Below, piece after piece: positions 7,282 to 16,746 of a stretch of 64,000 nt of DNA (position 1 is the first letter of the stretch; each line of letters starts with the position of its first letter). The notes under the pieces were generated by a model. That model was not told where the DNA came from, did no database searches, and saw nothing but the letters and a program-made list of their open reading frames with translations. The DNA lies in the NCBI GenBank assembly GCA_020631905.1, contig JACKGQ010000001.1:229854-293853 (forward strand). Reading direction: 5' to 3'. The translations under genes and the position numbers were made by a program. This DNA comes from Candidatus Nomurabacteria bacterium (GTDB taxonomy: Bacteria > Patescibacteriota > Saccharimonadia > Saccharimonadales > VXPC01).

Positions 7282-8899
7282 GAGTAAACGAATATACTAC
7301 GATGCAGATGCCAGAGAGCGCTTACTGGGCGGTGCGAGGGCCCTGTACGAAGCTGTAAAAACAACTATGGGCCCCAAAGGTCGCAATGTGATTATCGCTA
7401 AAAGCTACGGCGCACCTACGATTACTCACGACGGTGTAACTGTTGCCAAAGGCATTGATTTACCAGATAACGATCCAGCTACTTTAGGCTATAAGGTGGG
7501 TGCCGAGCTGATCAAGCAAGCTGCCAACAAAATGAACGATGTTGCCGGCGACGGCACAACCACTGTAACTGTTCTGACCTACCATATTTTAAATGAAGCC
7601 AACAAACTAATTGCGGCTGGCCACAACCCAATGCAACTCCGCAAAGGCTTGGAAAAGGCTGCCGAAGAGGTAATTGCTGCTCTCGAAGGTATGCGCGAAG
7701 ATATCGGCAACGATAAAAAGCGGGTGGCTCAGGTAGCTACTATCTCGGCCGGCGACTCGACGATTGGCGACATGATTGCCGAAGTTATGGAAAAGGTCGG
7801 TCGCGAAGGTGTGGTAACTGTCGAAGAAGGCCAAGGACTGGCCATGGAAAGCGAAGTTGTCGAAGGCTTTACCTTTGACCGTGGTTTTGTTAGCCCCTAT
7901 ATGGTTACCGACAGCGGTCGCATGGAAGCAGTCTACGACAAGCCAAGTATCGTAATTACCGACAAGAAAATCTCGAGCATTCAAGAATTTTTACCAGTTC
8001 TTGAAAAGCTTGCCCAAGCTGGCAAAAAAGACGTAGTACTGATTGCCGAAGATGTTGAAGGCGAGGCTCTGGGAGCGCTGATTTTGAACAAGCTTAAAGG
8101 TGTGCTCAACACCGTTGCGGTTAAGGCTCCATCTTTTGGTGACCGCCGCAAAGATATTTTGAACGACATTGCCATTTTGACTGGTGCAACTGTGATTTCC
8201 GAAGACCAAGGCTATACCTTTGAGTCGGCCGACCTAAGCATGATCGGTAGTGCTCGCCGAGTAATTGTAACTGCCGACGAAACTACAATCATTGAGGGTG
8301 CCGGCAATCCGGTTGAATTAGCCTCGAGGATTGATCAGATCAAAACTCAGAGCACCAACGCAAGCAGCGAGTTCGACAAAGAAAACCTAGACAAACGAGC
8401 GGCTGCCCTAAATGGCAAAGTTGCGGTGATCAAAGTTGGTGGTGCCACCGAAACCGAGATCGAAGAGAAGAAATACCGAGTCGATGACGCTGTGGCTGCC
8501 GTCAAAGCCGCCCTCGACGAAGGCATCGTGCCTGGTGGTGGCGTAACACCTGTAAACTTAGCTGTTGCGATCGACGACACCGACTCTGGTGCCGCTATCT
8601 TGAAAAATGCTCTCGAACAACCATTCCGAATCTTACTAACCAACAGTGGTTTGAATGCCGACGAGTGGCTGCCGCAAGTTAAGGCCGGTAAGCCGGGTAT
8701 GGGACTAGACGTCAATAATCCAAGTAAATTGGTAGACATGAAGGCCAGTGGAATCGTCGACCCTGCTCGGGTAACACGCGAAGCCATCCAGAACGCAGTC
8801 TCGATTGCCGGCACCAGCATGACCATGGGTGCGCTTGTAGTCGACGAGCCAGAAGACAAGTCGGCTGGTGGTGCTCCTGATATGTCTGGCATGATGTAA
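7280..8899 (+). CDS. groEL: chaperonin GroEL
   Basis: 539 aa. Contains TMGPKGRNV, AGDGTTTVTVL and a C-terminal GGAPDMSGMM tail. Confidence 0.98.
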   Translation: MSKRIYYDADARERLLGGARALYEAVKTTMGPKGRNVIIAKSYGAPTITHDGVTVAKGIDLPDNDPATLGYKVGAELIKQAANKMNDVAGDGTTTVTVLTYHILNEANKLIAAGHNPMQLRKGLEKAAEEVIAALEGMREDIGNDKKRVAQVATISAGDSTIGDMIAEVMEKVGREGVVTVEEGQGLAMESEVVEGFTFDRGFVSPYMVTDSGRMEAVYDKPSIVITDKKISSIQEFLPVLEKLAQAGKKDVVLIAEDVEGEALGALILNKLKGVLNTVAVKAPSFGDRRKDILNDIAILTGATVISEDQGYTFESADLSMIGSARRVIVTADETTIIEGAGNPVELASRIDQIKTQSTNASSEFDKENLDKRAAALNGKVAVIKVGGATETEIEEKKYRVDDAVAAVKAALDEGIVPGGGVTPVNLAVAIDDTDSGAAILKNALEQPFRILLTNSGLNADEWLPQVKAGKPGMGLDVNNPSKLVDMKASGIVDPARVTREAIQNAVSIAGTSMTMGALVVDEPEDKSAGGAPDMSGMM

Positions 8900-8982
8900 G
8901 TATTCAGGAGGGAATGACTTTCCCTCCTGACGCGCAGGCAAATCGAAGATTTGTCTGGCTGTCCTCCCTTCGCAAAGGATCT

Positions 8983-9019
8983 AATAAACCCGGAGTAAAT
9001 CCGGGTTTATTAGTGTTTT
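8983..9019 (+). terminator. hairpin terminator downstream of groEL
   Basis: AATAAACCCGG-AGTAAAT-CCGGGTTTATT followed by AGTGTTTT. It is one of at least five hairpins between 8900 and 9130. Confidence 0.55.
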
Positions 9020-9231
9020 AAATGGTTATCTAGATGTTACTTATTCTTAAACTGGGAAGGTTGAGCGTTCTCGGGCTGCTCATATCCCAAAGCGGAATAA
9101 AGAGATCGGAGTGGATCCGATCTCTTCGCGGTTTTTGAGGAGGTGTGCTAGCCCTTCAACCAAAGACTTATAGCCTCTGATCAAATCCAGATTTATTTAA
9201 TTTTATGAAAATTGGGTGTTGTAAGTAAAAC

Positions 9232-9260
9232 TTGCAATACTTTAATACTTGTGGTATACT
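9232..9260 (+). promoter_or_regulatory. promoter TTGCAA-N17-TATACT (extended -10 TGG)
   Basis: TTGCAA at 9232-9237, 17-nt spacer ending in TGG, TATACT at 9255-9260. Upstream of the LPXTG protein gene. Confidence 0.6.
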
Positions 9261-9295
9261 ACAGTTACTAATTGGAAGGTTAGGAGTTGGATTAA

Positions 9296-9793
9296 ATGCC
9301 ATACAAGAAAAAAGATACCAAGATTTCTAATGCGCAAGCATATTTGAAGTCGACCGACACAGTCAGTCGACCGACTGCCATTATTATGAGCTTGTTAACG
9401 TTTTTGGCTGTATTTGCGGTTGTCTTGAGCCTATTCTTGGGTGGAAAGTGGTTGTACGACCGTCAGAACAATAATTCGAGCTCCTCGACCAGTACAACTC
9501 AGAGCACTTCTAGTAACACAGAAACAGACAATTCAAGCAAAGTTACCTCGAACTCAGCTGGCAACGACGGGCTTGGGATTACAGTTATCGACGGCGACGG
9601 CGAAAAGATTGCTAGTCGCGTGGGTGAGCAGTTTAACAAGTCGACCACTACCTCGACCGACAAGCCAGCTTCGACACCAGTCGTTAAAACCGATACTTTG
9701 CCTCGGACTGGTCCAGCCAACAATCTTCTGATTGCAGTCGGAGTTGTCGTAATTGTATCAGCTAGCCACAGCTTGTATGCTCGCCGCAGATAA
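9296..9793 (+). CDS. LPXTG-anchored Ser/Thr-rich surface protein
   Basis: N-terminal TM or signal anchor, S/T-rich spacer, then C-terminal LPRTG plus a hydrophobic stretch plus RRR, which is a sortase sorting signal. Confidence 0.8.
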   Translation: MPYKKKDTKISNAQAYLKSTDTVSRPTAIIMSLLTFLAVFAVVLSLFLGGKWLYDRQNNNSSSSTSTTQSTSSNTETDNSSKVTSNSAGNDGLGITVIDGDGEKIASRVGEQFNKSTTTSTDKPASTPVVKTDTLPRTGPANNLLIAVGVVVIVSASHSLYARRR

Positions 9794-9822
9794 CTCATAA
9801 AAATACGGAATTATCAGAATTT

Positions 9823-9848
9823 AGAGAGCTCGCCATGAGCTCTCTTTT
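9823..9848 (+). terminator. rho-independent terminator
   Basis: AGAGAGCTC-GCCAT-GAGCTCTCT followed by TTT. Confidence 0.7.
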
Positions 9849-9865
9849 GGTTTATGCTTATATAT

Positions 9866-10891
9866 ATGTTAGACGATCTTAAATATATTCACACCAAAGA
9901 TTCTGGCGATGCCTTGGGTATGGCCGAAAAGCAATGGCAGCAGCTCGAGCACGAGTTTCCTGTACCCGACCTAAATAAACCCGATAAAGTGGTCTTTGCG
10001 GGCATGGGCGGCTCAGCACTAGAGGCGCTGGTTTCGATGACCTGGCCTGGGTATAACGTGCCATTCGAGCTGGTTCGCGATTACGACTTACCTAAGTATG
10101 TCGACGATAAAACCTTGGTGATTGTCTCGAGCTATTCGGGTAATACCGAAGAGGCAGTTTCGGTGCTCGAACAGGCAATTGCCAGCCCGGCCCAGGTGGT
10201 CGTGCTAGCTGGTGGTGGCGAATTGGCTGATTTGACCCGCGATAAACATCAGATATATGTTGATTTGCCTAAAGCCAGCCAACCACGTTATGCAGTTTTT
10301 TATGCCCTTAAAGCACTAGTTACAATGCTCGAGCGAGCGGGTTTGGTAGCCGAGGCAGAAGCCGAGAAGGCTTTGCATAACAGTGCTGAATTTTTGCGCG
10401 AAGAAGTTAAAAATTGGCTACCCGATGTGCCAACTAGCAACAACCCGGCCAAGCGCTTGGCGCGTGAGCTGGTCGGTAAGTCACCAGTTGTTTATGCTGG
10501 CAAAGTCCTTGCGTCAGCTGCCTATAAATGGAAAATAAGTTTTAACGAAAATGCCAAGAACGTCGCTTGGTGGGGGCAATACCCGGAGTTTAATCATAAT
10601 GAGTTTATGGGCTGGAGCTCGCACCCACATGATAAGCCTTATGAGGTGATCGATTTGCGCAGTAGTTTTGACCACCCACGGGTTCGAAAACGTTTTGAAC
10701 TCAGCGACAAGCTACTAAGTGGCAAGCGACCTAAAGCCCATGTAGTAGAGGCCAAAGGCGCGACTATCTTAGAGCAAATTTTGTGGACGATAAGCTACGG
10801 AGATTTTGTTTCGATCTATCTTGCACTACTAAATGGGGTTAACCCAACCCCGGTCGACCTGATAGAAAAGTTCAAACACGAGCTTGGCTAA
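9866..10891 (+). CDS. bifunctional phosphoglucose/phosphomannose isomerase family protein (SIS domain)
   Basis: Contains GMGGSALEA and VIVSSYSGNTEE SIS motifs, and a PGI/PMI-type C-terminal half. An alternative ATG lies at 9854. Confidence 0.75.
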   Translation: MLDDLKYIHTKDSGDALGMAEKQWQQLEHEFPVPDLNKPDKVVFAGMGGSALEALVSMTWPGYNVPFELVRDYDLPKYVDDKTLVIVSSYSGNTEEAVSVLEQAIASPAQVVVLAGGGELADLTRDKHQIYVDLPKASQPRYAVFYALKALVTMLERAGLVAEAEAEKALHNSAEFLREEVKNWLPDVPTSNNPAKRLARELVGKSPVVYAGKVLASAAYKWKISFNENAKNVAWWGQYPEFNHNEFMGWSSHPHDKPYEVIDLRSSFDHPRVRKRFELSDKLLSGKRPKAHVVEAKGATILEQILWTISYGDFVSIYLALLNGVNPTPVDLIEKFKHELG

Positions 10892-10956
10892 AGCCCTCAT
10901 GCTTGCTTGAATGCAAGGCGGCATGTGTCTTAACTTAATGACAGTAAGGAGAGTAT

Positions 10957-11286
10957 ATGGCGTTAAGTATTGAAGCGGGCGAGATAGGATTTGAACATGC
11001 TGTGCTGGCTTACCAGGTGTGGCCAGATGGGCAAAGTATATCAAGTCTGAAGCTGCCAATTCGGGAATCGTCGGCCATGGCAGTCGAAGAGATCGATATG
11101 CCGGAAACAACAGCCTGGGTGACATTTTTTGTCGCAGCTGTTTGTGTAGCTAGAGTCCGGGACGAAAGTGCAGGTGTCGACAGACAGATGATTTTGAGCT
11201 CTAACACCAGTATCCCGGAGCTCGAGCTAGAAGATCACGTTGTGATTGAGAGAAGTGGCAAAAGGGTGAAGTTAGCACCATTATAA
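10957..11286 (+). CDS. hypothetical protein (109 aa)
   Basis: ATG ORF in an otherwise empty gap. No motif recognised. Confidence 0.4.
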   Translation: MALSIEAGEIGFEHAVLAYQVWPDGQSISSLKLPIRESSAMAVEEIDMPETTAWVTFFVAAVCVARVRDESAGVDRQMILSSNTSIPELELEDHVVIERSGKRVKLAPL

Positions 11287-11431
11287 CTGATACTAGAGCA
11301 AGGCGAGTTACCAGATTTTGTTCGGGACTGGCTGGTGCCTTACGTTGAACTTGGTAGCAGTGGTAATCCGACCGCGTCAGCCCTTAAGAGACTTCTATAA
11401 AAAATCTGGCCGGGACTTGATTTAGCTAATA

Positions 11432-12658
11432 CTATGAGCGGAGGGCGTCGATTGGTTTTTTGCGACTTGCTTTCCAGGCTGGGCCAGCCCCGAATAAGAC
11501 ACCGACAATAACCGACATAGCAATCGCCAGTAATATAACTGTTGGGCTGAAAGCTGGCTTAATGTTCGTAGTGGTACGAATGACTAATCCGGCTAGCTGC
11601 GATACAAATACACCGATAAAGCCGCCAGTTACACTGAGTACAATCGATTCCGACAAGAATTGACTCAGGACTTGCCAATTACTAGCACCAATCGCTTTAC
11701 GAATGCCGATTTCGCGGGTACGCTCGGCGACATTTACGAGCATGATGTTCATGATACCAATTCCACCAACAATCAACGAGATGGCGGCCACTGCGGCCAC
11801 TAAAGCCGTGACTAACTGAAAAATATCCTCGGTTACATACTCGAGTTCGCTCAGGCGTAATACACTGTAATCTTCTTGGTTATGGAGCTCATGGAGCTTC
11901 TGGTTGATAGTTTGCATAAGTTGATTAAGATCGGTTTGGCCTCGCACCAATATTTCTTTGATCTTGGTGTTTTCGGCTTGGAGTTTGTGCAAGGCCGAAA
12001 AATCTACAAAAACGGTGTTGTTGTAGTCTATGCCCAGGTTGATCGGGTTGGCTGGGAACCGTTCAAAGACACCTTTGATGACAAAATCTTGTCCGCGGAC
12101 TTTAATAATCGAGCCAATTGGCGAAGGATCACCAAATAACTGATCGGCTACCGAAGCACCGATCAGAACTGTCCTATCTGATGGTGTCGAGCTAAAATCG
12201 GAACCATAACTTATCTGGCGGCCAAGTAATCCGGAAACATTACTATTTGTGGCTATCAAGTAGCCATTGCTTAATAAGTTGCCATCACGGTCGGTGATTT
12301 CGGCGCTAATATCGGCTAGTGGCGAAGTTGCCGTAACCCCAGGTATGGCGTTGACTGCATCAAGGTCTGCTTGTGTCAGGCTATTTGAGCTAAGTGCACG
12401 GTTGAGGTTGTATCGGGCGATAGTGCCGTCTGGATTACGGTCGATCACATGACCCGAACGTATGCTAATCACATTGGCACCGCTGGCCTCTACCTGCGAC
12501 AGAACTTGATTCTTAACTCCTTGACCAACGTTGATTGCCAGCACTATCGAAGCTACACCAATGACTACGCCCAAGATTGTTAAGCCACTACGGACACGCG
12601 CACCACGTATATTGTGCATTGCGATTCGGACATTCGAACTAGTGTTGCTAAAAATCAT
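11432..12658 (-). CDS. ABC transporter permease, MacB/FtsX family
   Basis: 408 aa. N-terminal TM helix, large extracytoplasmic domain and C-terminal FtsX-type 3-TM bundle. Overlaps the upstream ATPase gene by 4 nt. Confidence 0.9.
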   Translation of the reverse strand: MIFSNTSSNVRIAMHNIRGARVRSGLTILGVVIGVASIVLAINVGQGVKNQVLSQVEASGANVISIRSGHVIDRNPDGTIARYNLNRALSSNSLTQADLDAVNAIPGVTATSPLADISAEITDRDGNLLSNGYLIATNSNVSGLLGRQISYGSDFSSTPSDRTVLIGASVADQLFGDPSPIGSIIKVRGQDFVIKGVFERFPANPINLGIDYNNTVFVDFSALHKLQAENTKIKEILVRGQTDLNQLMQTINQKLHELHNQEDYSVLRLSELEYVTEDIFQLVTALVAAVAAISLIVGGIGIMNIMLVNVAERTREIGIRKAIGASNWQVLSQFLSESIVLSVTGGFIGVFVSQLAGLVIRTTTNIKPAFSPTVILLAIAMSVIVGVLFGAGPAWKASRKKPIDALRS

Positions 12659-13497
12659 TTCTTCTTACCTTTTTGTTTAGAGGTACGTTTCTTGCTGGCG
12701 ACATGTTTCGGGTCGACTTGGTCTGCTTTTTTATGCTTTTTGCCAGACTTGCGGGCCTCGTAATCTTCGCGTTCGACAACGTCCTGGACCTTGGTTAGAT
12801 CGATTTGCTGATTTTCTTTCAAGGCTTGGTCGATTCGAATCAGTCCATCTTGCATGTATATGACTCGGCTGGCATAGCGGGTCAGCTCTGGGTTATGGGT
12901 GACCATCAAAATAGTATTGCCTTGCTTATTGATAGTTCGAAGTAAGTCCATAATCACTTTGCTGGAAGCTGTGTCGAGATTGCCGGTTGGTTCGTCGGCC
13001 ACAATCAGGGAGGGGCGGTTAACAAGGGCTCTGGCGATTGCGGCTTTCTGAGTTTGACCACCACTGAGTTGTTTTGGTAGGTAGTATTCCTTGTTGCGAA
13101 TCCCGAGTCTTTCCAAAAGATCGCTAGCTCGCTTAAGACTGTTGATGTGGGTGGTGCCCTTGTAGGTGAGTGGCAAGGCTACGTTTTCTAACACGGAAAT
13201 ATTCGGCAAAAGGTTAAAAGATTGGAAAACAAAGCCAATGTGGTCGCGACGAATTTTGGCTTTGCCACGGGCAGAGAGATCATTTATATGGACACCCTCG
13301 ACTTCGTAGATACCATCAGTGGGATCGTCGAGTAGGCCGATGACATTTAGTAATGTTGTTTTACCCGAACCACTTGGGCCCATAATAGCGAGGAACTCAC
13401 CCTGATCGATTTCGAGACTAACATCATCGAGAGCAATGGTGGTGGCGTCGCCAAGGCCGAAAACCTTGCGGATGTTTTGTAGTTTTACTATCTGCAT
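12655..13497 (-). CDS. ABC transporter ATP-binding protein (MacB/LolD-like) with Lys-rich C-terminal tail
   Basis: Walker A GPSGSGKTT, signature LSGGQ, Walker B LIVADEPT. About 45 aa of K-rich extension. Confidence 0.95.
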   Translation of the reverse strand: MQIVKLQNIRKVFGLGDATTIALDDVSLEIDQGEFLAIMGPSGSGKTTLLNVIGLLDDPTDGIYEVEGVHINDLSARGKAKIRRDHIGFVFQSFNLLPNISVLENVALPLTYKGTTHINSLKRASDLLERLGIRNKEYYLPKQLSGGQTQKAAIARALVNRPSLIVADEPTGNLDTASSKVIMDLLRTINKQGNTILMVTHNPELTRYASRVIYMQDGLIRIDQALKENQQIDLTKVQDVVEREDYEARKSGKKHKKADQVDPKHVASKKRTSKQKGKKK

Positions 13498-13577
13498 TCT
13501 GGACTATTATTGTAGATTGAAGATTGCTTTTCGAGCAAGCATAAGAACCAGAATTTTGTTCTGGTATAATAGAAGGC

Positions 13578-13871
13578 ATGAGTGAAGTGAGTATCGATCC
13601 CATTGACACAAGAGGCATGGTGGCGGGTTGCTATGCGACGTTTATTAGTTGGAATGACCATCCAGACACGGCTCCTATTACAGAATTTCTAGATCAGCAG
13701 GGTGTCGACTACTTACCAGTTTTGCTCGACCCAGAGAGAGAAACGTGGCTGGGGACTAGGCCAAGTCTCGATGTGCCAGGGTATGGAACATATGTTGGTC
13801 GAGAAGAGATTGAGGTGGCAGTCACTCATCTTAATCTCGGGTCTGCTGCAACTATGGCCGCTGGGCTCTAG
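13578..13871 (+). CDS. hypothetical protein (97 aa)
   Basis: ATG ORF. No motif recognised. Confidence 0.4.
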   Translation: MSEVSIDPIDTRGMVAGCYATFISWNDHPDTAPITEFLDQQGVDYLPVLLDPERETWLGTRPSLDVPGYGTYVGREEIEVAVTHLNLGSAATMAAGL

Positions 13872-13894
13872 CTTATGTGAAAAAATAATACTTT

Positions 13895-13921
13895 GGTTCG
13901 CGGTTTGTCGCCGAATCCCGT
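13895..13921 (+). repeat. degenerate copy of the tRNA-Ser T-arm region
   Basis: GGTTCG-cggtttgtcgc-CGAATCCCGT compared with GGTTCGAATCCCGT in the tRNA. The 10-mer CGAATCCCGT is identical to 14119-14128. Confidence 0.5.
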
Positions 13922-14049
13922 AAAATAGTTTGGCCGCACCAAATTCAAACCTTTTGGATTTGAGAGTAACAGCAATGACCTGTCAGACTAATACTTTTAC
14001 CACTTGTTTTGCAAAAGTAGTGATCCGACAGTCGTCATTGACTGCGACT

Positions 14050-14139
14050 AGGAGAGGTGTCCGAGTGGTTGAAGGAGCACGCTTGGAAAGCGTGTATGCG
14101 GGCAACCGTATCACGGGTTCGAATCCCGTCCTCTCCGCC
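14050..14139 (+). tRNA. tRNA-Ser (anticodon GGA), CCA encoded
   Basis: Acceptor GGAGAGG/CCTCTCC, anticodon arm CACGC-TTGGAAA-GCGTG, long variable arm, T-arm GGGTTCGAATCCC, 3' GCCA. Confidence 0.9.
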
Positions 14140-14300
14140 AGTGAGAAATAATTGAACCAAGGCAGTAAGTATTTAGTTACGCCTTGTTACAGGAGTACTG
14201 GATGCGAACCCGTAGGGTTACGAATCTTGTCATAATCTACTGATTTGACGAGATATAGTAGATGGTGGAATAGCTTTAGCTAGTCTACCACCGTACGTTT

Positions 14301-14318
14301 ATCCCGTCCTCTCCGCCA
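14301..14318 (+). repeat. perfect 18-nt direct repeat of the tRNA-Ser 3' end (att-like)
   Basis: ATCCCGTCCTCTCCGCCA at 14301-14318 is identical to 14122-14139. The two copies are separated by 161 bp of hairpin-rich non-coding DNA. Confidence 0.85.
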
Positions 14319-14325
14319 AATATTT

Positions 14326-15024
14326 ATGAAGACAAAACAACATAAAATCGCCCTTGTCCTGGCTCTAGTGGCTGCCGCTTGCGTAGCCTTGAGCATAGTT
14401 CGCTATATTTACTCAGGCACGATCAGACATTTGTATTTACCCTGGAATTTACTACTAGGTTCTTTACCTTTGTATCTTGCCTACATCTTGAGCCAGTATC
14501 GTGGACGCTGGTTTTGGGTATTGTTCATAGTCTGGCTACTTTTCTTGCCAAACGCTTTTTATATAGTCACTGATTTACTGCATCTTAACCCGATTGAAGC
14601 CAATCTTGAACACTACTGGGTAGGCAATTACCGTTATGCCCTAGAACCAAATAGCCCAGGCATTTTATTCGACACGGCACTCCTATTTATGTATTCGAGC
14701 TATGGCTTTTTGTTGGGGTTGATATCTACTGGAGTAGTCCATGATCAACTTCTCGACAAGAAGAGATTCAAGCCAAATGCAGCTTGGCTTACAATTTTGG
14801 GTTCGTTATTTTTGAGTGGCTTGGCGATCTTTATCGGGCGACGACTCAGACTAAATAGCTGGGACATAGCCACCGATCCAGTTGGGCTAGTAAAGTTAAT
14901 TGCCAATATATTTTTGCACCCAATAGCAAACGCCGAGGCTTGGGCTGTAACGTTACTATTCTTCTATGTTAGTGCTTGTTTTTATCTACTTTACCGAAGT
15001 TTGATATACTTAACTAAACCATGA
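14326..15024 (+). CDS. integral membrane protein (DUF1361-like)
   Basis: 232 aa with multiple hydrophobic helices. The resemblance to DUF1361 is from memory, not from a search. Confidence 0.65.
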   Translation: MKTKQHKIALVLALVAAACVALSIVRYIYSGTIRHLYLPWNLLLGSLPLYLAYILSQYRGRWFWVLFIVWLLFLPNAFYIVTDLLHLNPIEANLEHYWVGNYRYALEPNSPGILFDTALLFMYSSYGFLLGLISTGVVHDQLLDKKRFKPNAAWLTILGSLFLSGLAIFIGRRLRLNSWDIATDPVGLVKLIANIFLHPIANAEAWAVTLLFFYVSACFYLLYRSLIYLTKP

Positions 15025-16697
15025 ACTACCTTGAGGAGCTAGTAGCCGACCTAGAGCATTTTGGCGTAAAACCAGAGCTTATTCAGTTTGGCAACGACCA
15101 GATTGGCAGCGACATAGCGATGCCATGCTTTAGCTTAGCTCAAGAGCTGCGTCAGAGTCCCCAGGCGATTGCCCAAGATATTGCCGGCCGCCTAAATCAC
15201 CCCGACATCAACAGGACAGAAGCTCTGGGTGGTTATGTGAATATTTGGCTAAACGAAGAGTCGATGGTCCGAGGCTTAATTGCGCAAGGAGCAGAGAATC
15301 CTGATTATGGGTCGGTCGAACCAAATAATCGAACAGTAATCGTTGAATATGTGTCGCCGAACCTTGCTAAACCGCTTTCAATCGGACATCTGCGAAATGC
15401 GCTTCAGGGGAGAGCCTTGACTAACTTATATCGGTCGCAGGGCTACAAGGTTATTACCGATAGCCATTTGGGTGACTGGGGAACTGTGTTTGGTATGTGG
15501 GTAGTTGGTTTTCAGACATTTAGTAGCTACGAAGCCTTAGGCTCGGGAGGCAACAAAGAACTCGGCAGAGTTTATGTCGAAATGAGGAAAAGCTTGAAGG
15601 CCGAGGCCGAAGCCGGGCGGGATGAATTGAAGCAATCCGTCCAAGACTGGCTAATTAAGTTAGAGGCTGGTGACGAAGAGGCTTGGAAATACCATGAATT
15701 GTTTAAAAACATTTCACTGGCCGATACCAACCGGGTACTTGCAAAACTAAATATTGTTTTCGATGAAACTCTAGGGGAGGCATTTTATTACCAGCAAGCT
15801 CGTCAGTTAATCGAACAGTTGCTGTCAGATGGGGTTGCGACTAAACAAGATGATAATTCAGTTATTGTTGATTTGTCATCTGAGAATCTTGAAACACCAC
15901 TGTTATTGCAGAAGAGCAACGGAGCCCTGTTATATGCGTCGACGGATATAGCCACGATCAAGTACCGCGAGGAACGTTGGGATCCAACGGCAGTTTTGTA
16001 TGTGGTTGGCGCAGAGCAACAATTTCACTTTAGGCAACTTTTTGCATTTAATAAACTGGCTAAATATAGCGATGCCGACCTGGTCCATTATTGGTATGGT
16101 TTGGTCGAAGAGATTGGCGAAGATGGCCAGAGGCAAAAAATGAGCTCGAGGCGAGGTGCAGTCTATCTAGAAGATGTCTTAGACCTCGCCCTCGAGAAAG
16201 CAAAAGCTCAGGCCGAGCCAAACATGAGCACAGAAGATATTACAAAGGTCGCCTACGGAGCAATTAGCTACAGAGAGTTTCTGCAAGGACACCAGAGCAA
16301 TGTCTTATTTAACTGGGAAGAAATGTTTAGTCTAACCGGTAAATCCGGGCCATACGTCCAGTATGCGGCTGTTCGATTAAACTCAATTTTGGCTAAATCG
16401 TCGCTTCAGCCAGCAAGAACAGACGGTTATGATTGGCGAGCAGAACACAGTTTATTACACAAACTGCTCGGCTATCCAGCCCTCGAAAGACAGGCCCGAA
16501 CAGAGCTCGAGCCCAGCAAATTAGCTTTTTATATTTATGATTTAGCCAAAGATCTTAACCGATATTACGAGACAACAATAGTACTGGACGAAGATGAACA
16601 AGTTCAGGCAAACAGACTTTGGTTAATGCAAATCGTTAAGCAGAATCTGGCGCATGCTCTTGGTATTTTGGGCATCGACATTCCAGAGAAGATGTAA
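15021..16697 (+). CDS. argS: arginine--tRNA ligase
   Basis: 558 aa. Contains the class I motifs SPNLAKPLSIGHLRN (HIGH-like) and MSSRRG (KMSK-like) and a C-terminal anticodon-binding domain. Confidence 0.93.
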   Translation: MNYLEELVADLEHFGVKPELIQFGNDQIGSDIAMPCFSLAQELRQSPQAIAQDIAGRLNHPDINRTEALGGYVNIWLNEESMVRGLIAQGAENPDYGSVEPNNRTVIVEYVSPNLAKPLSIGHLRNALQGRALTNLYRSQGYKVITDSHLGDWGTVFGMWVVGFQTFSSYEALGSGGNKELGRVYVEMRKSLKAEAEAGRDELKQSVQDWLIKLEAGDEEAWKYHELFKNISLADTNRVLAKLNIVFDETLGEAFYYQQARQLIEQLLSDGVATKQDDNSVIVDLSSENLETPLLLQKSNGALLYASTDIATIKYREERWDPTAVLYVVGAEQQFHFRQLFAFNKLAKYSDADLVHYWYGLVEEIGEDGQRQKMSSRRGAVYLEDVLDLALEKAKAQAEPNMSTEDITKVAYGAISYREFLQGHQSNVLFNWEEMFSLTGKSGPYVQYAAVRLNSILAKSSLQPARTDGYDWRAEHSLLHKLLGYPALERQARTELEPSKLAFYIYDLAKDLNRYYETTIVLDEDEQVQANRLWLMQIVKQNLAHALGILGIDIPEKM

Positions 16698-16746
16698 CCA
16701 GACCAATATCTGGTAAAAAAGCTTATGTTCATGCTAAGCTTTTAGT

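Noticed and set aside
7607-8941. Antisense ORFs inside groEL, and similar ones inside pnp, polA, rnj, ftsK and other long genes.
   Set aside because: They are fully contained within strongly supported conserved genes on the opposite strand and have no independent start signals or recognisable motifs.
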